Shown: positions 47,831 to 57,515, counted from the stretch's first letter. The stretch: 64,000 nucleotides of DNA from Candidatus Omnitrophota bacterium (GCA_041650835.1 JBAZKL010000002.1:270477-334476), one strand, 5' to 3'. A program made the numbers and translations. Notes: generated from the sequence alone by a model not told the origin.

Positions 47831-48052
47831 CCGCTCTCACACTTAATTTTGGCGGAAAAACCATCCCGAGTTTACGCTGAAAATTCATCAAGATTCACCC
47901 GCTCCCCATACAGAATCTTTATGAATTTTCAAGTGCTTAAACGAGGGATACAAGTATTTAACAGTTAAAGTAAATTTCTTAATTTAGTTAAAAAGTGATC
48001 CACAAGCCGATTTTTGCGGCGGTGCTTAAGCGCGGAATATATACATACTCAC

Positions 48053-48901
48053 ATGAAAAAAACCATTATCAGTATCTGTTTACTTTTCATAAGCGTCAGC
48101 CCGCTGTTTGCCGCGCAAAATTCCCGTTACATTTCATTAGCGCCGTCAACCACGGAAATCCTTTTTGCTTTAGGCCTTGATGATGAAATTGCGGGTGTCA
48201 GCTCCTTTTGCGATTATCCGCCAAGAGCCAAAAACAAAGAAAAAGTGGGAGATTTTAGTTCTCCCAATATTGAAAAGATCCTCTCGCTTAAGCCGGATTA
48301 CATATTTTGTACCGGACTGGAGCAAAACCCGACAATTGAAAGTTTAAAGCGATACGGGCTTCCGGTGTATGTGGCTGACCCGCAAAATATTCATGAATTG
48401 CTCGCATCTATTATGGAAATAGGCCGCCTGACAAAAAAAGACGTTCAGGCCCAGCAATTGACAGACGTTATGCGCGCTGAAATCGGCAATATTAGCCGGC
48501 AAACACGGGATATCCCTGAAGCTCAACGCCTCAAAGTATTCATCGAGATATGGTTCGAGCCTCTTACTACGGCGGGAAGCCCTTCATTTATTGATGAACT
48601 CATTACTTTAGCGGGAGGGGTCAATATCGCGAAAGACACGCTGCGTCCGTATAGTATTTTTAGCGCGGAAGAAGTCATCAAACGTAATCCCGACTGCATA
48701 TTCTTAGCCTATATGACTGAAGAAAAACCGGTTGAAATGGTCAAAAAACGTTTTGGATGGCAACGGATCAATGCCGTCAAGAATAACCGGATCTATAACG
48801 ACATTGAACCGGACATAATACTGCGGCCGGGACCGCGTATCACCCAGGGACTCAGGCTATTATATGAGAAATTGTACCTGTCCGGGGAACAAAAACATTA
48901 A
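48053..48901 (+). CDS. btuF: Periplasmic cobalamin/siderophore-type ABC substrate-binding protein
   Basis: Signal peptide MKKTIISICLLFISVSPLFA, class III PBP pattern (ISLAPSTTEILFALG…). Lies downstream of the B12 riboswitch. Confidence 0.75.
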   Translation: MKKTIISICLLFISVSPLFAAQNSRYISLAPSTTEILFALGLDDEIAGVSSFCDYPPRAKNKEKVGDFSSPNIEKILSLKPDYIFCTGLEQNPTIESLKRYGLPVYVADPQNIHELLASIMEIGRLTKKDVQAQQLTDVMRAEIGNISRQTRDIPEAQRLKVFIEIWFEPLTTAGSPSFIDELITLAGGVNIAKDTLRPYSIFSAEEVIKRNPDCIFLAYMTEEKPVEMVKKRFGWQRINAVKNNRIYNDIEPDIILRPGPRITQGLRLLYEKLYLSGEQKH

Positions 48902-49051
48902 GTTAATTTTAAAGGTTAAAATCTAAAGAACAAAGGAAATTCAAAGAATAAAGGTTAAATCTTAAAATTTACACATTAAACCTTTAATCTTCCTTTGTTA
49001 TTTAATCTTTATCATTTAAACTTACGAACAGGCTCTCTTTCTATAAAACAG

Positions 49052-50020
49052 ATGAATATCAATCTTAAAAGAACATTACTCTGGCTGGGGGCAATATTAG
49101 TCATCGCGGTCATCATCGGCATCGTCAAAGGCGCCGTCCATCTCACGATCAAAGAATTACTGAGCAAGGAGAACCAGCCGATCCTGACGCTGCGCCTCTA
49201 CCGGATATTGGTCGCGATAGTAGCCGGCAGCGGTTTAGCTGTGTCCGGATTAGTGCTCCAGGCTATTCTACGCAATCCTCTTGCCGAACCATACCTCCTG
49301 GGGACCTCAAGCGGAGCGGGACTGGCAGCGGTTATCGGGCTGATGGCCGGAATATCCCGCATCTACTTTCCTTTCACGGCATTTTTCGGGGCGATCTCCA
49401 GCTGCATTTTAGTCTATACGCTGGCCAAACAAAACAATAAGATACAAGAACAATCGCTGATACTTTCAGGAGTCATCGTATCGGTCGCGCTTTCGGCGAT
49501 CATAGTTTTTCTGGTCTCTATTTCCGGGAATGAAACCCTGCATGGTATTACCTGGTGGCTCTGGGGAAGCCTGCAGGTATATGATGTTACCCTGATCATT
49601 CTGGTCGCGGCCCTGGTTTGCGCGGGCATTGCCTCACTTTACATATTTTCTCAGGACCTCAACGCGATAAGCCTTGGGGAAGAAGAAGCGCTGCACGTAG
49701 GCGTTAACGTCGAAAGCGTTAAAAAAATATTACTCACCATTACCTCGCTTATTACCGCAGGGATCGTTTGCATATGCGGGATCATCGGTTTTGTCGGATT
49801 GATCATTCCCCATATCATGCGTTTATTGGTAGGATCAAATCACAAAATACTTATTCCCACGACCTGCCTGGCGGCAGCGGCATTCATGGTCACCTGCGAT
49901 ACCGTTTCCCGGACCATATATCCGCCTTTAGAAATACCCATCGGCGTCATCACAGCGATCATAGGCGCGCCGGTATTCATTATACTGCTCAAAAAGAGCC
50001 AACGAGTTCAAGAAAAATGA
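49052..50020 (+). CDS. btuC: FecCD-family ABC permease
   Basis: Nine or ten TM helices and the conserved FecCD loop LLGTSSGAGLAAV. Confidence 0.8.
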   Translation: MNINLKRTLLWLGAILVIAVIIGIVKGAVHLTIKELLSKENQPILTLRLYRILVAIVAGSGLAVSGLVLQAILRNPLAEPYLLGTSSGAGLAAVIGLMAGISRIYFPFTAFFGAISSCILVYTLAKQNNKIQEQSLILSGVIVSVALSAIIVFLVSISGNETLHGITWWLWGSLQVYDVTLIILVAALVCAGIASLYIFSQDLNAISLGEEEALHVGVNVESVKKILLTITSLITAGIVCICGIIGFVGLIIPHIMRLLVGSNHKILIPTTCLAAAAFMVTCDTVSRTIYPPLEIPIGVITAIIGAPVFIILLKKSQRVQEK

Positions 50021-50820
50021 TCAGCATAAGCAACTTAAACGCGGGTTATTACACGGCGGACATATTACGCGATATTTCCCTCCAGATCAATAAAGGAGAT
50101 TTTATGGGAATAATCGGCCCGAACGGCTCAGGCAAAACAACATTCCTACGCGTACTGAGCCGCTCTTTAAAACCGCGCCAAGGCTTGATTATGCTTAACG
50201 GTAGAGAAACCGCGCGCATGGAACTCAAGGAATTCTGCCGGCAAGCCGCGTTCGTCGCCCAGGATACCGCGGTTAATTTTTCATTTTCCGCCTTTGAAAT
50301 TGTTCTCATGGGAAGGATACCTCATCAAAAACGCCTATCCTGGCAAACAAAAGAGGACCTGGCAGCCGCGCATGAAGCCATGATACTGACAGATACCGAA
50401 ACGCTTAAAGACAAACAGATCAACGAATTAAGCTCCGGGGAACGCCAACGCGTGTTTATCGCCAAAGCGCTCGCTCAAGAGCCGACGGTATTATTCCTCG
50501 ATGAACCGACATCCCACCTGGATATCGGGCACCAAATACAAATATTAGATATGCTCAAAACCCTCAACCGCGACAAAAAACTCACCATCGTCATTATAAT
50601 GCACGATTTAAATCTTGCCGCGGAGTATTGCAATCGTCTTGTTTTGCTCGACAAAGGAAAGATCTTTGCCGCCGGCTCTCCCGAAACGGTACTGACCTAC
50701 CAAACGATCGAATCGGTATATAAAACGGTGGTGGTCGTTGATAAAAACCCGATAAACAACAAACCGTATGTGCTCCTAGTTTCTCGCACGGATAAATGCC
50801 CGGGGAGGCAGGTAAAATAA
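50017..50820 (+). CDS. btuD: ABC transporter ATP-binding protein
   Basis: Walker A GPNGSGKTT, signature LSSGERQRV and Walker B LFLDEPTSHLD. The start overlaps the btuC stop (ATGA). Confidence 0.85.
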   Translation: MISISNLNAGYYTADILRDISLQINKGDFMGIIGPNGSGKTTFLRVLSRSLKPRQGLIMLNGRETARMELKEFCRQAAFVAQDTAVNFSFSAFEIVLMGRIPHQKRLSWQTKEDLAAAHEAMILTDTETLKDKQINELSSGERQRVFIAKALAQEPTVLFLDEPTSHLDIGHQIQILDMLKTLNRDKKLTIVIIMHDLNLAAEYCNRLVLLDKGKIFAAGSPETVLTYQTIESVYKTVVVVDKNPINNKPYVLLVSRTDKCPGRQVK

Positions 50821-50822
50821 TT

Positions 50823-51467
50823 ATGCCCTCAACAACACTCTTTTTGATCAGGCATGGCCAAACCGCGTGGAATGTTCAGAAGAAATATTGCGGATATAAA
50901 GACATAGCGCTCAATGCCGCGGGAAAAAAACAGGCAGCGCTACTGCGCGTAAGGCTCAAAAATGAGCCGATCCATAAGATTTATGCCAGCGATAAAAAAC
51001 GCGCTATACAAACCGCTCAAATAATCTTTAAGAACAGGAAAATAGAAAAGATCGCGGGCCTGCGCGAAATGCACTTCGGATGTTTTGAAGGCCTCAAACA
51101 CCCGCAAATCATGAAAAAATACACAGCGCTCTATTCCGCGTGGCTCAAAGACCCTTTTAGCGTATCTATTCCACAGGGAGAGAAAGTAACTGATTTCAGG
51201 AAGCGTGTAGTAAAAGCCATTAAGGATATTGCCGCGGACAATGCCGGTAAAACAGCGGCAATCGTATGCCACGGGGGTACGATCAGTATCTATATTACCC
51301 ATCTCTTGAAAACCCGTGATTTCTGGAAGCAGATACCGCGTTCAACAGCGGTAAGCATTATTGATTACCGTAATAATAAGCCTCGGATAAAGGTCTTTAA
51401 CAATACCGATCATTTAATACCGGATCAGGCGATCAGGAAAGATAAGGAAGTTAAAAGAAATGGGTAA
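50823..51467 (+). CDS. cobC: Alpha-ribazole phosphatase (histidine phosphatase family)
   Basis: LIRHGQTAWN catalytic motif. Position within cobUTS. Confidence 0.7.
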   Translation: MPSTTLFLIRHGQTAWNVQKKYCGYKDIALNAAGKKQAALLRVRLKNEPIHKIYASDKKRAIQTAQIIFKNRKIEKIAGLREMHFGCFEGLKHPQIMKKYTALYSAWLKDPFSVSIPQGEKVTDFRKRVVKAIKDIAADNAGKTAAIVCHGGTISIYITHLLKTRDFWKQIPRSTAVSIIDYRNNKPRIKVFNNTDHLIPDQAIRKDKEVKRNG

Positions 51468-51975
51468 GATCACCTTCATTGTGGGGGGAGCAAGAAGCGG
51501 CAAAAGCAGCCATGCCCTGGAGTTAGCCGCAGGCTATACAAAAGTCGCCTACATTGCTACCGCGGAAGCTAAAGATAAAGAGATGCAACAGCGCATTAAG
51601 CGCCATAAACGATCCCGCCCGGCCCACTGGAAGACTTTTGAAGAATCACTCGATCTTGAAAAAACAGTAAAAAGCAAAGATTTTAATTTCGAATGCGTTA
51701 TCATCGATTGTTTAACGCTTTTAGTGTCAAATCTCATGTTAGCGGGCGCAGCGCCGAAAGTCATTCAAAAAACGATGTCTTCGTTAGCGGATACGCTTCA
51801 AAAACTGCCCGCGCGCGTGGTAATCGTTTCTAACGAAGTCGGACTGGGCATCGTACCGGCTAACGCATTAGCAAGAACTTTCCGGGATACCGCAGGATCA
51901 GTCAATCAACTTTTCGCCAAGAAATCGGCGAATGTTATTTTCATGGTCTCCGGATTACCGATCAAGGTGAAATGA
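51460..51975 (+). CDS. cobU: Adenosylcobinamide kinase / adenosylcobinamide-phosphate guanylyltransferase
   Basis: P-loop FIVGGARSGKSSHA. About 170 aa. Confidence 0.8.
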   Translation: MGKITFIVGGARSGKSSHALELAAGYTKVAYIATAEAKDKEMQQRIKRHKRSRPAHWKTFEESLDLEKTVKSKDFNFECVIIDCLTLLVSNLMLAGAAPKVIQKTMSSLADTLQKLPARVVIVSNEVGLGIVPANALARTFRDTAGSVNQLFAKKSANVIFMVSGLPIKVK

Positions 51976-51976
51976 T

Positions 51977-53038
51977 ATGGATATACTTAATGCCACATTA
52001 AAGAAAATAACCGCCATTGACCGCGCGCTTATGCGGGAGACGCAAAAAAGGCTAGACAATCTCACTAAACCCCAAGGAAGCTTAGGCAGGTTGGAAGAAC
52101 TGGCAAAACAGATCACCGGGATCACCGGATCGAAAAACCCTGAAATTTCCCGCAAGGTCATATTCACCCTTGCCGCCGACCACGGTGTTACTGAGGAAAA
52201 AGTAAGCGCTTACCCGAAAGAAGTAACCGCTCAAATGGTCTACAATTTCCTCGAGGGAGGTGCCGGGATCAATGTATTGGCCAAACATGCGGGAGCCAAA
52301 GTCATCGTCGCCGACCTGGGCGTCGCCTGCGATCTGACGCACAAAGATGGCCTGATCATGAAAAAGATCGCCTGCGGCACGGGCAATATGGCAAAAACCG
52401 CCGCGATGTCAAGAAGCCAGGCGATCCGGGCGCTTGAAACCGGCATTGAGATCTTTGAAGCTGAATTTAAACACGGTCTTGATATTATCGGCACCGGTGA
52501 AATGGGCATCGGAAATACCACCGCATCAAGCGCTGTCACCGCGGTATTGACTCAAAGCTCAGCCGAAGCGGTAACCGGAAGAGGCACCGGGATCACTGAT
52601 GCGGCGCTTACCCATAAGATCGCCGTTATAAAAAAAGCTCTCCAGGTCAATAAGCCGGATGAGCGTGACCCCATAGATGTCTTATCAAAAATCGGAGGCT
52701 TTGAGATCGGAGGGATCGCGGGTATCATCCTGGCAGCCGCGGCACATAAGGTCCCTGTTGTTATAGACGGCTTCAATTCAGGCGCGGCCGCGCTTATCGC
52801 TTATAAACTGCAGCCGCTCGCCAAAGAATATATGATCGCCAGCCATGAATCGGTTGAAATCGGGCATGCCGTAATTTTAAAGGAAATCGGCCTGCAACCT
52901 ATTTTAAATTTAGGATTGCGCCTTGGAGAAGGGACCGGAGCCGCGTTAGCTATGCCGATTATCGACGCTTCGATAAAAATATTGACCCAAATGGCCTCTT
53001 TTGAGAGCGCCAAAGTTTCTCAAAAACTGCCGCAATGA
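51977..53038 (+). CDS. cobT: Nicotinate-nucleotide--dimethylbenzimidazole phosphoribosyltransferase
   Basis: GIGNTTASSAV, GEMGIGNT and overall CobT collinearity. Confidence 0.9.
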   Translation: MDILNATLKKITAIDRALMRETQKRLDNLTKPQGSLGRLEELAKQITGITGSKNPEISRKVIFTLAADHGVTEEKVSAYPKEVTAQMVYNFLEGGAGINVLAKHAGAKVIVADLGVACDLTHKDGLIMKKIACGTGNMAKTAAMSRSQAIRALETGIEIFEAEFKHGLDIIGTGEMGIGNTTASSAVTAVLTQSSAEAVTGRGTGITDAALTHKIAVIKKALQVNKPDERDPIDVLSKIGGFEIGGIAGIILAAAAHKVPVVIDGFNSGAAALIAYKLQPLAKEYMIASHESVEIGHAVILKEIGLQPILNLGLRLGEGTGAALAMPIIDASIKILTQMASFESAKVSQKLPQ

Positions 53039-53766
53039 AACAATTACTCTTTGCTATTCAGTTCTTAACTATTCTCCCGGTAAAACTGCGCGCGCTGCCC
53101 GCAGATACAGTATCGGGATCATTAGCCTATTTTCCCCTTGTAGGGTTATTACTCGGCGCCGCATTATGCCTTGTTCAGTCACTCGGCAACGTTATCGGAT
53201 TACCGGCGCTCTCGAATGATATTGTCCTGGTGATCTCACTTGCGATGCTCACCGCTGCAATGCACCTTGACGGGCTGGCTGACACCGCGGACGGATTCTT
53301 AAGCGGCAAGAGTAAAGAAGAGGTCTTAAATATCATGAAAGACCCCCATATCGGCGTTATGGGAGTAGTCGGTATCATAAGCGTCTTTTGCCTCAAGATC
53401 GCTTTTTTATATTCTATCGCGACTGAGTTAAAGCCGGCAGCGCTCATCCTGATGTGCATGCTCAGCAGATGGGCTTTAGTTTGGAATATATTCCTATTTC
53501 CTTACGCGCGTAAAGAGGGGAAAGCGTTGCTTTTCTTTAACGGGATAACCCCTGCAACCGTGCTCAAAGCCGCGCTGATCGCGTTAACCTGCGCTCTTAT
53601 CATCGGCGGATTAAAAGGTTTCTTACTTTTTTTCATCATCACTATTGCCGCCTATTACTTAGGCTCGTTATTTTCACGTAAGATCGGCGGTATGACAGGC
53701 GATACGCTGGGAGCAGTCAACGAAATAAGCGAAATAATCGTTTTATTATGGCTTTGTATATTATAA
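53035..53766 (+). CDS. cobS: Adenosylcobinamide-GDP ribazoletransferase (cobalamin synthase)
   Basis: Polytopic, with LAIQFLTILP and the …DGLADTADG motif. Confidence 0.8.
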   Translation: MKQLLFAIQFLTILPVKLRALPADTVSGSLAYFPLVGLLLGAALCLVQSLGNVIGLPALSNDIVLVISLAMLTAAMHLDGLADTADGFLSGKSKEEVLNIMKDPHIGVMGVVGIISVFCLKIAFLYSIATELKPAALILMCMLSRWALVWNIFLFPYARKEGKALLFFNGITPATVLKAALIALTCALIIGGLKGFLLFFIITIAAYYLGSLFSRKIGGMTGDTLGAVNEISEIIVLLWLCIL

Positions 53767-53784
53767 ACCAAGGAGGTTTCCCCC

Positions 53785-54492
53785 ATGGATACTATGACAA
53801 AAACCAGACTAAAAACAACCGCGATTGCTTCCTGGAGCGGCGGGAAAGACAGCTGCCTGGCATACTACAAATCCCTTAAAGCGGGATACCGGGTCTCATG
53901 CCTTTTAAACTTCATATCAAGCGGCTCAAAACGGGGTTGTTTTCACGGGCTCGAAGGAAAACTGCTTCAACTGCAGGCTGAATTGATCGGAGTTCCCCTG
54001 GTGCAGAAAGAAGTCAGTCCCGACATGCAGAAATATGAAGAAGAATTTAAATCAGCGGTAAATGAATTTCTCCCTCAGGGCGTTACCTCAATGGTATTCG
54101 GGGATATTTATCTCTTAGACCACCAAAGCTGGGTTGAGCGCGTCTGCAAAGAAATAGGTATACAAGCGGTTGAACCGCTCTGGGAGATCCCTACGGAAGA
54201 TTTAATCAAAGAATTCCTGGATCTGGGATTCAAAGCCGTTATTGTCAGCGCGAAAGCGGATATCATGGGCAAAGAATATATCGGCAGGGAAATAAACCTC
54301 CCCCTGGTGGAAGAACTTAAGAAAAAAGGCATCTGTCCCTGCGGTGAAAACGGCGAATACCACACCCTGGTCATTGACGGGCCGATCTTCAAAAGAAAAT
54401 TGAAGATCGTTAAAGCATCACCGCTCTTAAAAGAAGGCTTCTGGAAGCACTGGTTCCTTGACATAAAAGAATACACGAGCAGCGAAAAATAA
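53785..54492 (+). CDS. PP-loop ATP pyrophosphatase of the MJ0570/Dph6-like (diphthine-ammonia-ligase-type) family
   Basis: SWSGGKDS PP-loop and EGE motif. About 235 aa. Confidence 0.6.
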   Translation: MDTMTKTRLKTTAIASWSGGKDSCLAYYKSLKAGYRVSCLLNFISSGSKRGCFHGLEGKLLQLQAELIGVPLVQKEVSPDMQKYEEEFKSAVNEFLPQGVTSMVFGDIYLLDHQSWVERVCKEIGIQAVEPLWEIPTEDLIKEFLDLGFKAVIVSAKADIMGKEYIGREINLPLVEELKKKGICPCGENGEYHTLVIDGPIFKRKLKIVKASPLLKEGFWKHWFLDIKEYTSSEK

Positions 54493-54499
54493 TTAACCC

Positions 54500-54640
54500 C
54501 GATAGGTGAAGGAAGTGCAAAGAGCGCCTGCACAGGAGACAGGCACTTTCAAGGGAAAAACAAATTCCCCGCCACTGCCCCGCAACGGTAAACTCTTACC
54601 GCGGTAAGAGAAGTCCGGTCTATCACCTATGAAGGAAGTA
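54500..54640 (+). promoter_or_regulatory. Second, more divergent cobalamin riboswitch upstream of btuB
   Basis: P1 arms TAGGTGA (54503) and TCACCTA (54623). AAGGGAAAAACAAATTCCCCGCCACTGCCCCGC core with the CCGCCACTG B12-box. Confidence 0.55.
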
Positions 54641-54666
54641 CTTTCGACGGAAAGGAAAGGATAGAA

Positions 54667-56511
54667 ATGAAAACACGCAGCAAGAAAACAATTCTCACCG
54701 CGCTAACGCTTTTATGCTTTTATGGGGCCGCGCGCAGCCAGGACCTGTCATTAGAAAAGATTGTCGTAACCCCTTCACGCATCGAAGAACCATCGGGAAA
54801 TACCCCTCAAAAGGTCGATACGATAACTTCAAAAGACCTTGAGAAATCAGGTTCAAACGGCCTCACCGAGCTTCTCACGCAATTCACCGCGGTCAATATA
54901 AGTAATTACGGAGGGCCGGGGGCGACCAAAAACATCCGCATGCGCGGGGCAAGCGCGGCGCAAACTTTAGTCATGGTCGACGGCAGGCCTATCAACAGCC
55001 CGAGAGACGGAGAAGCGGACCTAAGCATGATCCCGCTTGATACGGTAGATACGATAGAAATTGTGCATGGGCCGGCATCCCATCTCTACGGATCAAGCGC
55101 CATGGGCGGGGCAATTAACATCCTCACCAAAGATCCTCCGCTCAAAAGCCCGAAAACAGAACTATATTCCAGCATCGGGACTTACCGCACTTATACCCAG
55201 CGAATGGTCAATGGGAACGCAAACTCGATTTTCGGATACCTTATTACCCATGGATATACCCATTCAGACGGCTTCCGGGAAAACGCGTTATTCAACGCGC
55301 AGGATTATAACGCGAAATTCAAATACACGCCTCAAGATGCCCACGCGATCGTATTCAATTCAGGATTTTATTCCAGCAACCTCGGCTCACCCGGCACAAT
55401 ATCCCAGCCTGATACCGATGACAAGCAAAATACTCTAAAGAATTTTCAGGACCTCACCTGGAAATATACACCCGATGAATCGGCCGGATTATCGTTGAAA
55501 TCCTATCATAGTTACGATAAATTGATCTTCAGCGAGAACACGGCAGGGTCTTTTTTTGATACCGCAAATAAAAGAGATATCCATACGACCAACGTAACGG
55601 GCTTTGACCTGGGAGGCAATAAAAAATTCTTCCAGGAGCGCTTGCACCTTATATGCGGCTTTAACTATATCGGCAACACCAATGACAGCACTAATTCCCA
55701 AAAGCATAACTACCACGTCGTAGCCGGATATTTAGAGGACAAATTCATTGCTTTAGAGGACCTGGAATTCAACTTCGGCGCAAGATTCGACGATTATTCA
55801 AATTTCGGGACTCAATGCAATCCCAATTTTTCTTTTCTTTACCGCTTCAGTCCATCCTTAAAATTCCACGGATTGATCAGCCGGTCTTTTCGCGCGCCTA
55901 CTTTTAACGATCTATACTGGCCTGACGAAGGATGGGCAAAGGGAAATCCCGCATTAAAACCGGAAAAAGGAATAACAGGAGAGATCGGCACAACCATATC
56001 GTGCGGCGGCTTTCTCACTACGCGCCTGGGGTATTTCAGGAACGCCTTTCATGACCTCATCAACTGGGCGGAGGCAGGGGGAGTTTGGATGCCGCAAAAT
56101 GTAGGATCGGCGCTCACCGACGGCATAGAATTCGAGAATAAGGTATCGTTTACAAAAAATATCCAGTTTAATACCGGATATACCTTCTTACGCGCGAAAG
56201 ATGCCAAAACAAATAAATATCTTGTCTATCAACCAAAACATAAAGCTGATTGTTCGCTTTCGTACGCTGATCTACGCGGCTTTTCCATAAAAATAAACGC
56301 TCAATTTACCGACAAGCGCTACCATGATGCCGCCAACTCGGTTAAAGTTAAAAGATTTTACGTATTCGGGATCCAAGCAGCAAAGAAATTCAAGCAGAAT
56401 TACACTTATTTCTTTTCTATTGAAAACCTCAGCAACCAAAAATATGAGGTGATCCGGGAATTCCCTATACCGGGATTCACGGTCACCAACGGCATGAAAA
56501 TAGAGTTTTAA
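54667..56511 (+). CDS. btuB: TonB-dependent outer-membrane receptor (cobalamin receptor candidate)
   Basis: Signal peptide, TonB box IVVTPSR, plug domain, 22-strand barrel and a C-terminal …KIEF aromatic terminus. Preceded by a B12 riboswitch. Confidence 0.8.
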   Translation: MKTRSKKTILTALTLLCFYGAARSQDLSLEKIVVTPSRIEEPSGNTPQKVDTITSKDLEKSGSNGLTELLTQFTAVNISNYGGPGATKNIRMRGASAAQTLVMVDGRPINSPRDGEADLSMIPLDTVDTIEIVHGPASHLYGSSAMGGAINILTKDPPLKSPKTELYSSIGTYRTYTQRMVNGNANSIFGYLITHGYTHSDGFRENALFNAQDYNAKFKYTPQDAHAIVFNSGFYSSNLGSPGTISQPDTDDKQNTLKNFQDLTWKYTPDESAGLSLKSYHSYDKLIFSENTAGSFFDTANKRDIHTTNVTGFDLGGNKKFFQERLHLICGFNYIGNTNDSTNSQKHNYHVVAGYLEDKFIALEDLEFNFGARFDDYSNFGTQCNPNFSFLYRFSPSLKFHGLISRSFRAPTFNDLYWPDEGWAKGNPALKPEKGITGEIGTTISCGGFLTTRLGYFRNAFHDLINWAEAGGVWMPQNVGSALTDGIEFENKVSFTKNIQFNTGYTFLRAKDAKTNKYLVYQPKHKADCSLSYADLRGFSIKINAQFTDKRYHDAANSVKVKRFYVFGIQAAKKFKQNYTYFFSIENLSNQKYEVIREFPIPGFTVTNGMKIEF

Positions 56512-56589
56512 TTCTACGGTTATCGGTTCGAGGTAATTTTTGTCCGATAACCGAACACCGATAACCCCCGGCGCAGATCGCACCCCTCC

Positions 56590-56775
56590 TTATTGGAATG
56601 GCGGGGTATGCCGCCTTCTGCGGCAGAATTGCGCGGGGTGTGCTGCTTTCTGCTTTACACCACCGCGCTGATCGGAATTGCGCGGGGTGTGCTGCTTTCT
56701 GCTTTACACCACCGCGCTGATCGGAATTGCGCGGGGTGTGCTGCTTTCTGCAGCACCGATAACCGAAACAGCATA
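56590..56775 (+). repeat. Hairpin-forming tandem repeat array with a 49-bp unit (family shared with 38098-38346)
   Basis: GAATTGCGCGGGGTGTGCTGCTTTCTGCTTTACACCACCGCGCTGATCG at 56626-56674 and 56675-56723, plus a partial third copy. Leader GGGTATGCCGCCTTCTGCGGCAGAATTGCGCGG at 56604-56636. Flanked by CCGATAACCGAA at 56553-64 and 56756-67. Confidence 0.85.
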
Positions 56776-56813
56776 TTTCTTGCAAAATAGGCGCGATATG
56801 TTAACCTAATATC

Positions 56814-57503
56814 ATGTCACCGAATAAAATATTCCCTCTGTCACTTACTGTTTCTATTCTCGCTCATAGCTTGGTTTTCTTCCAATATTCCGGGCTGCTG
56901 CATAAACCGGAAAAAAAGAAGAGGCAGGAGCTTCATATCAGCTATGTAAAACGCCTGCCTGCCCAGGAAATACCCGTCAAGAACATTTCACTTAAAAACC
57001 AGCCGCTGGCAGCGTTGCCTCCTAAAGTAACCGCCGATGAAACAATAACGGCTTCAGCTAACACAAAGAATAACGTGCAAAATATTTTTTCAAAGAATAT
57101 AGAGAACATGCGGCGCCCATCCCCTTTCATTAAACCGGCATTGATCAAGCCGGACACGATACCGATCAAGAAAAAGATCTCCTTGCCGCCGGTAGAGCCC
57201 GACAAGATCAAAAATCCTTCGTACATGGGATATTACCAATTCGTCAGAGAAAAGATAAGGCGAGCCGCGTATTACAATTACGTGCGCACCGTAACCGGAG
57301 AAGTATATCTTTCATTTGTCATTGCCAATGACGGGAAGCTGCTCGACCTAAAGTTCCTCGAAGACAAATCTTCGGGGAATGGCTATTTAAAGCAGACCGC
57401 GATCAAAAGCATCAAAGATTCTTCCCCGTTCCCGGCTTTTCCCAAAGAGCTCGATTATCCGCAACTATCATTTACCGTCATAATTTCCTTTGAAGTTGAA
57501 TAA
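56814..57503 (+). CDS. tonB: Energy transducer TonB-family protein
   Basis: N-terminal TM with the S…H signature (SILAHSLVF), a Pro/Lys-rich spacer and a C-terminal TonB_C domain (…GEVYLSFVIANDGKL…). Confidence 0.7.
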   Translation: MSPNKIFPLSLTVSILAHSLVFFQYSGLLHKPEKKKRQELHISYVKRLPAQEIPVKNISLKNQPLAALPPKVTADETITASANTKNNVQNIFSKNIENMRRPSPFIKPALIKPDTIPIKKKISLPPVEPDKIKNPSYMGYYQFVREKIRRAAYYNYVRTVTGEVYLSFVIANDGKLLDLKFLEDKSSGNGYLKQTAIKSIKDSSPFPAFPKELDYPQLSFTVIISFEVE

Positions 57504-57515
57504 GAGGGGGTTGGT

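Noticed and set aside
47612-47968. 118-aa + strand ORF (MKFKHSPAAVRKYEIPLFEPLEEHSG…).
   Set aside because: It lies entirely within the cobalamin riboswitch and its terminator. The conserved RNA motifs explain the sequence constraint. No RBS and no homology.
49768-50016. Long 5' extension of the ABC ATPase ORF (49768-50820), which would overlap btuC by 250 nt.
   Set aside because: The ABC ATPase N-terminus (MISISNLNAGYY…) starts at ATG 50017 in an ATGA overlap with the btuC stop. The upstream part is btuC read in another frame.
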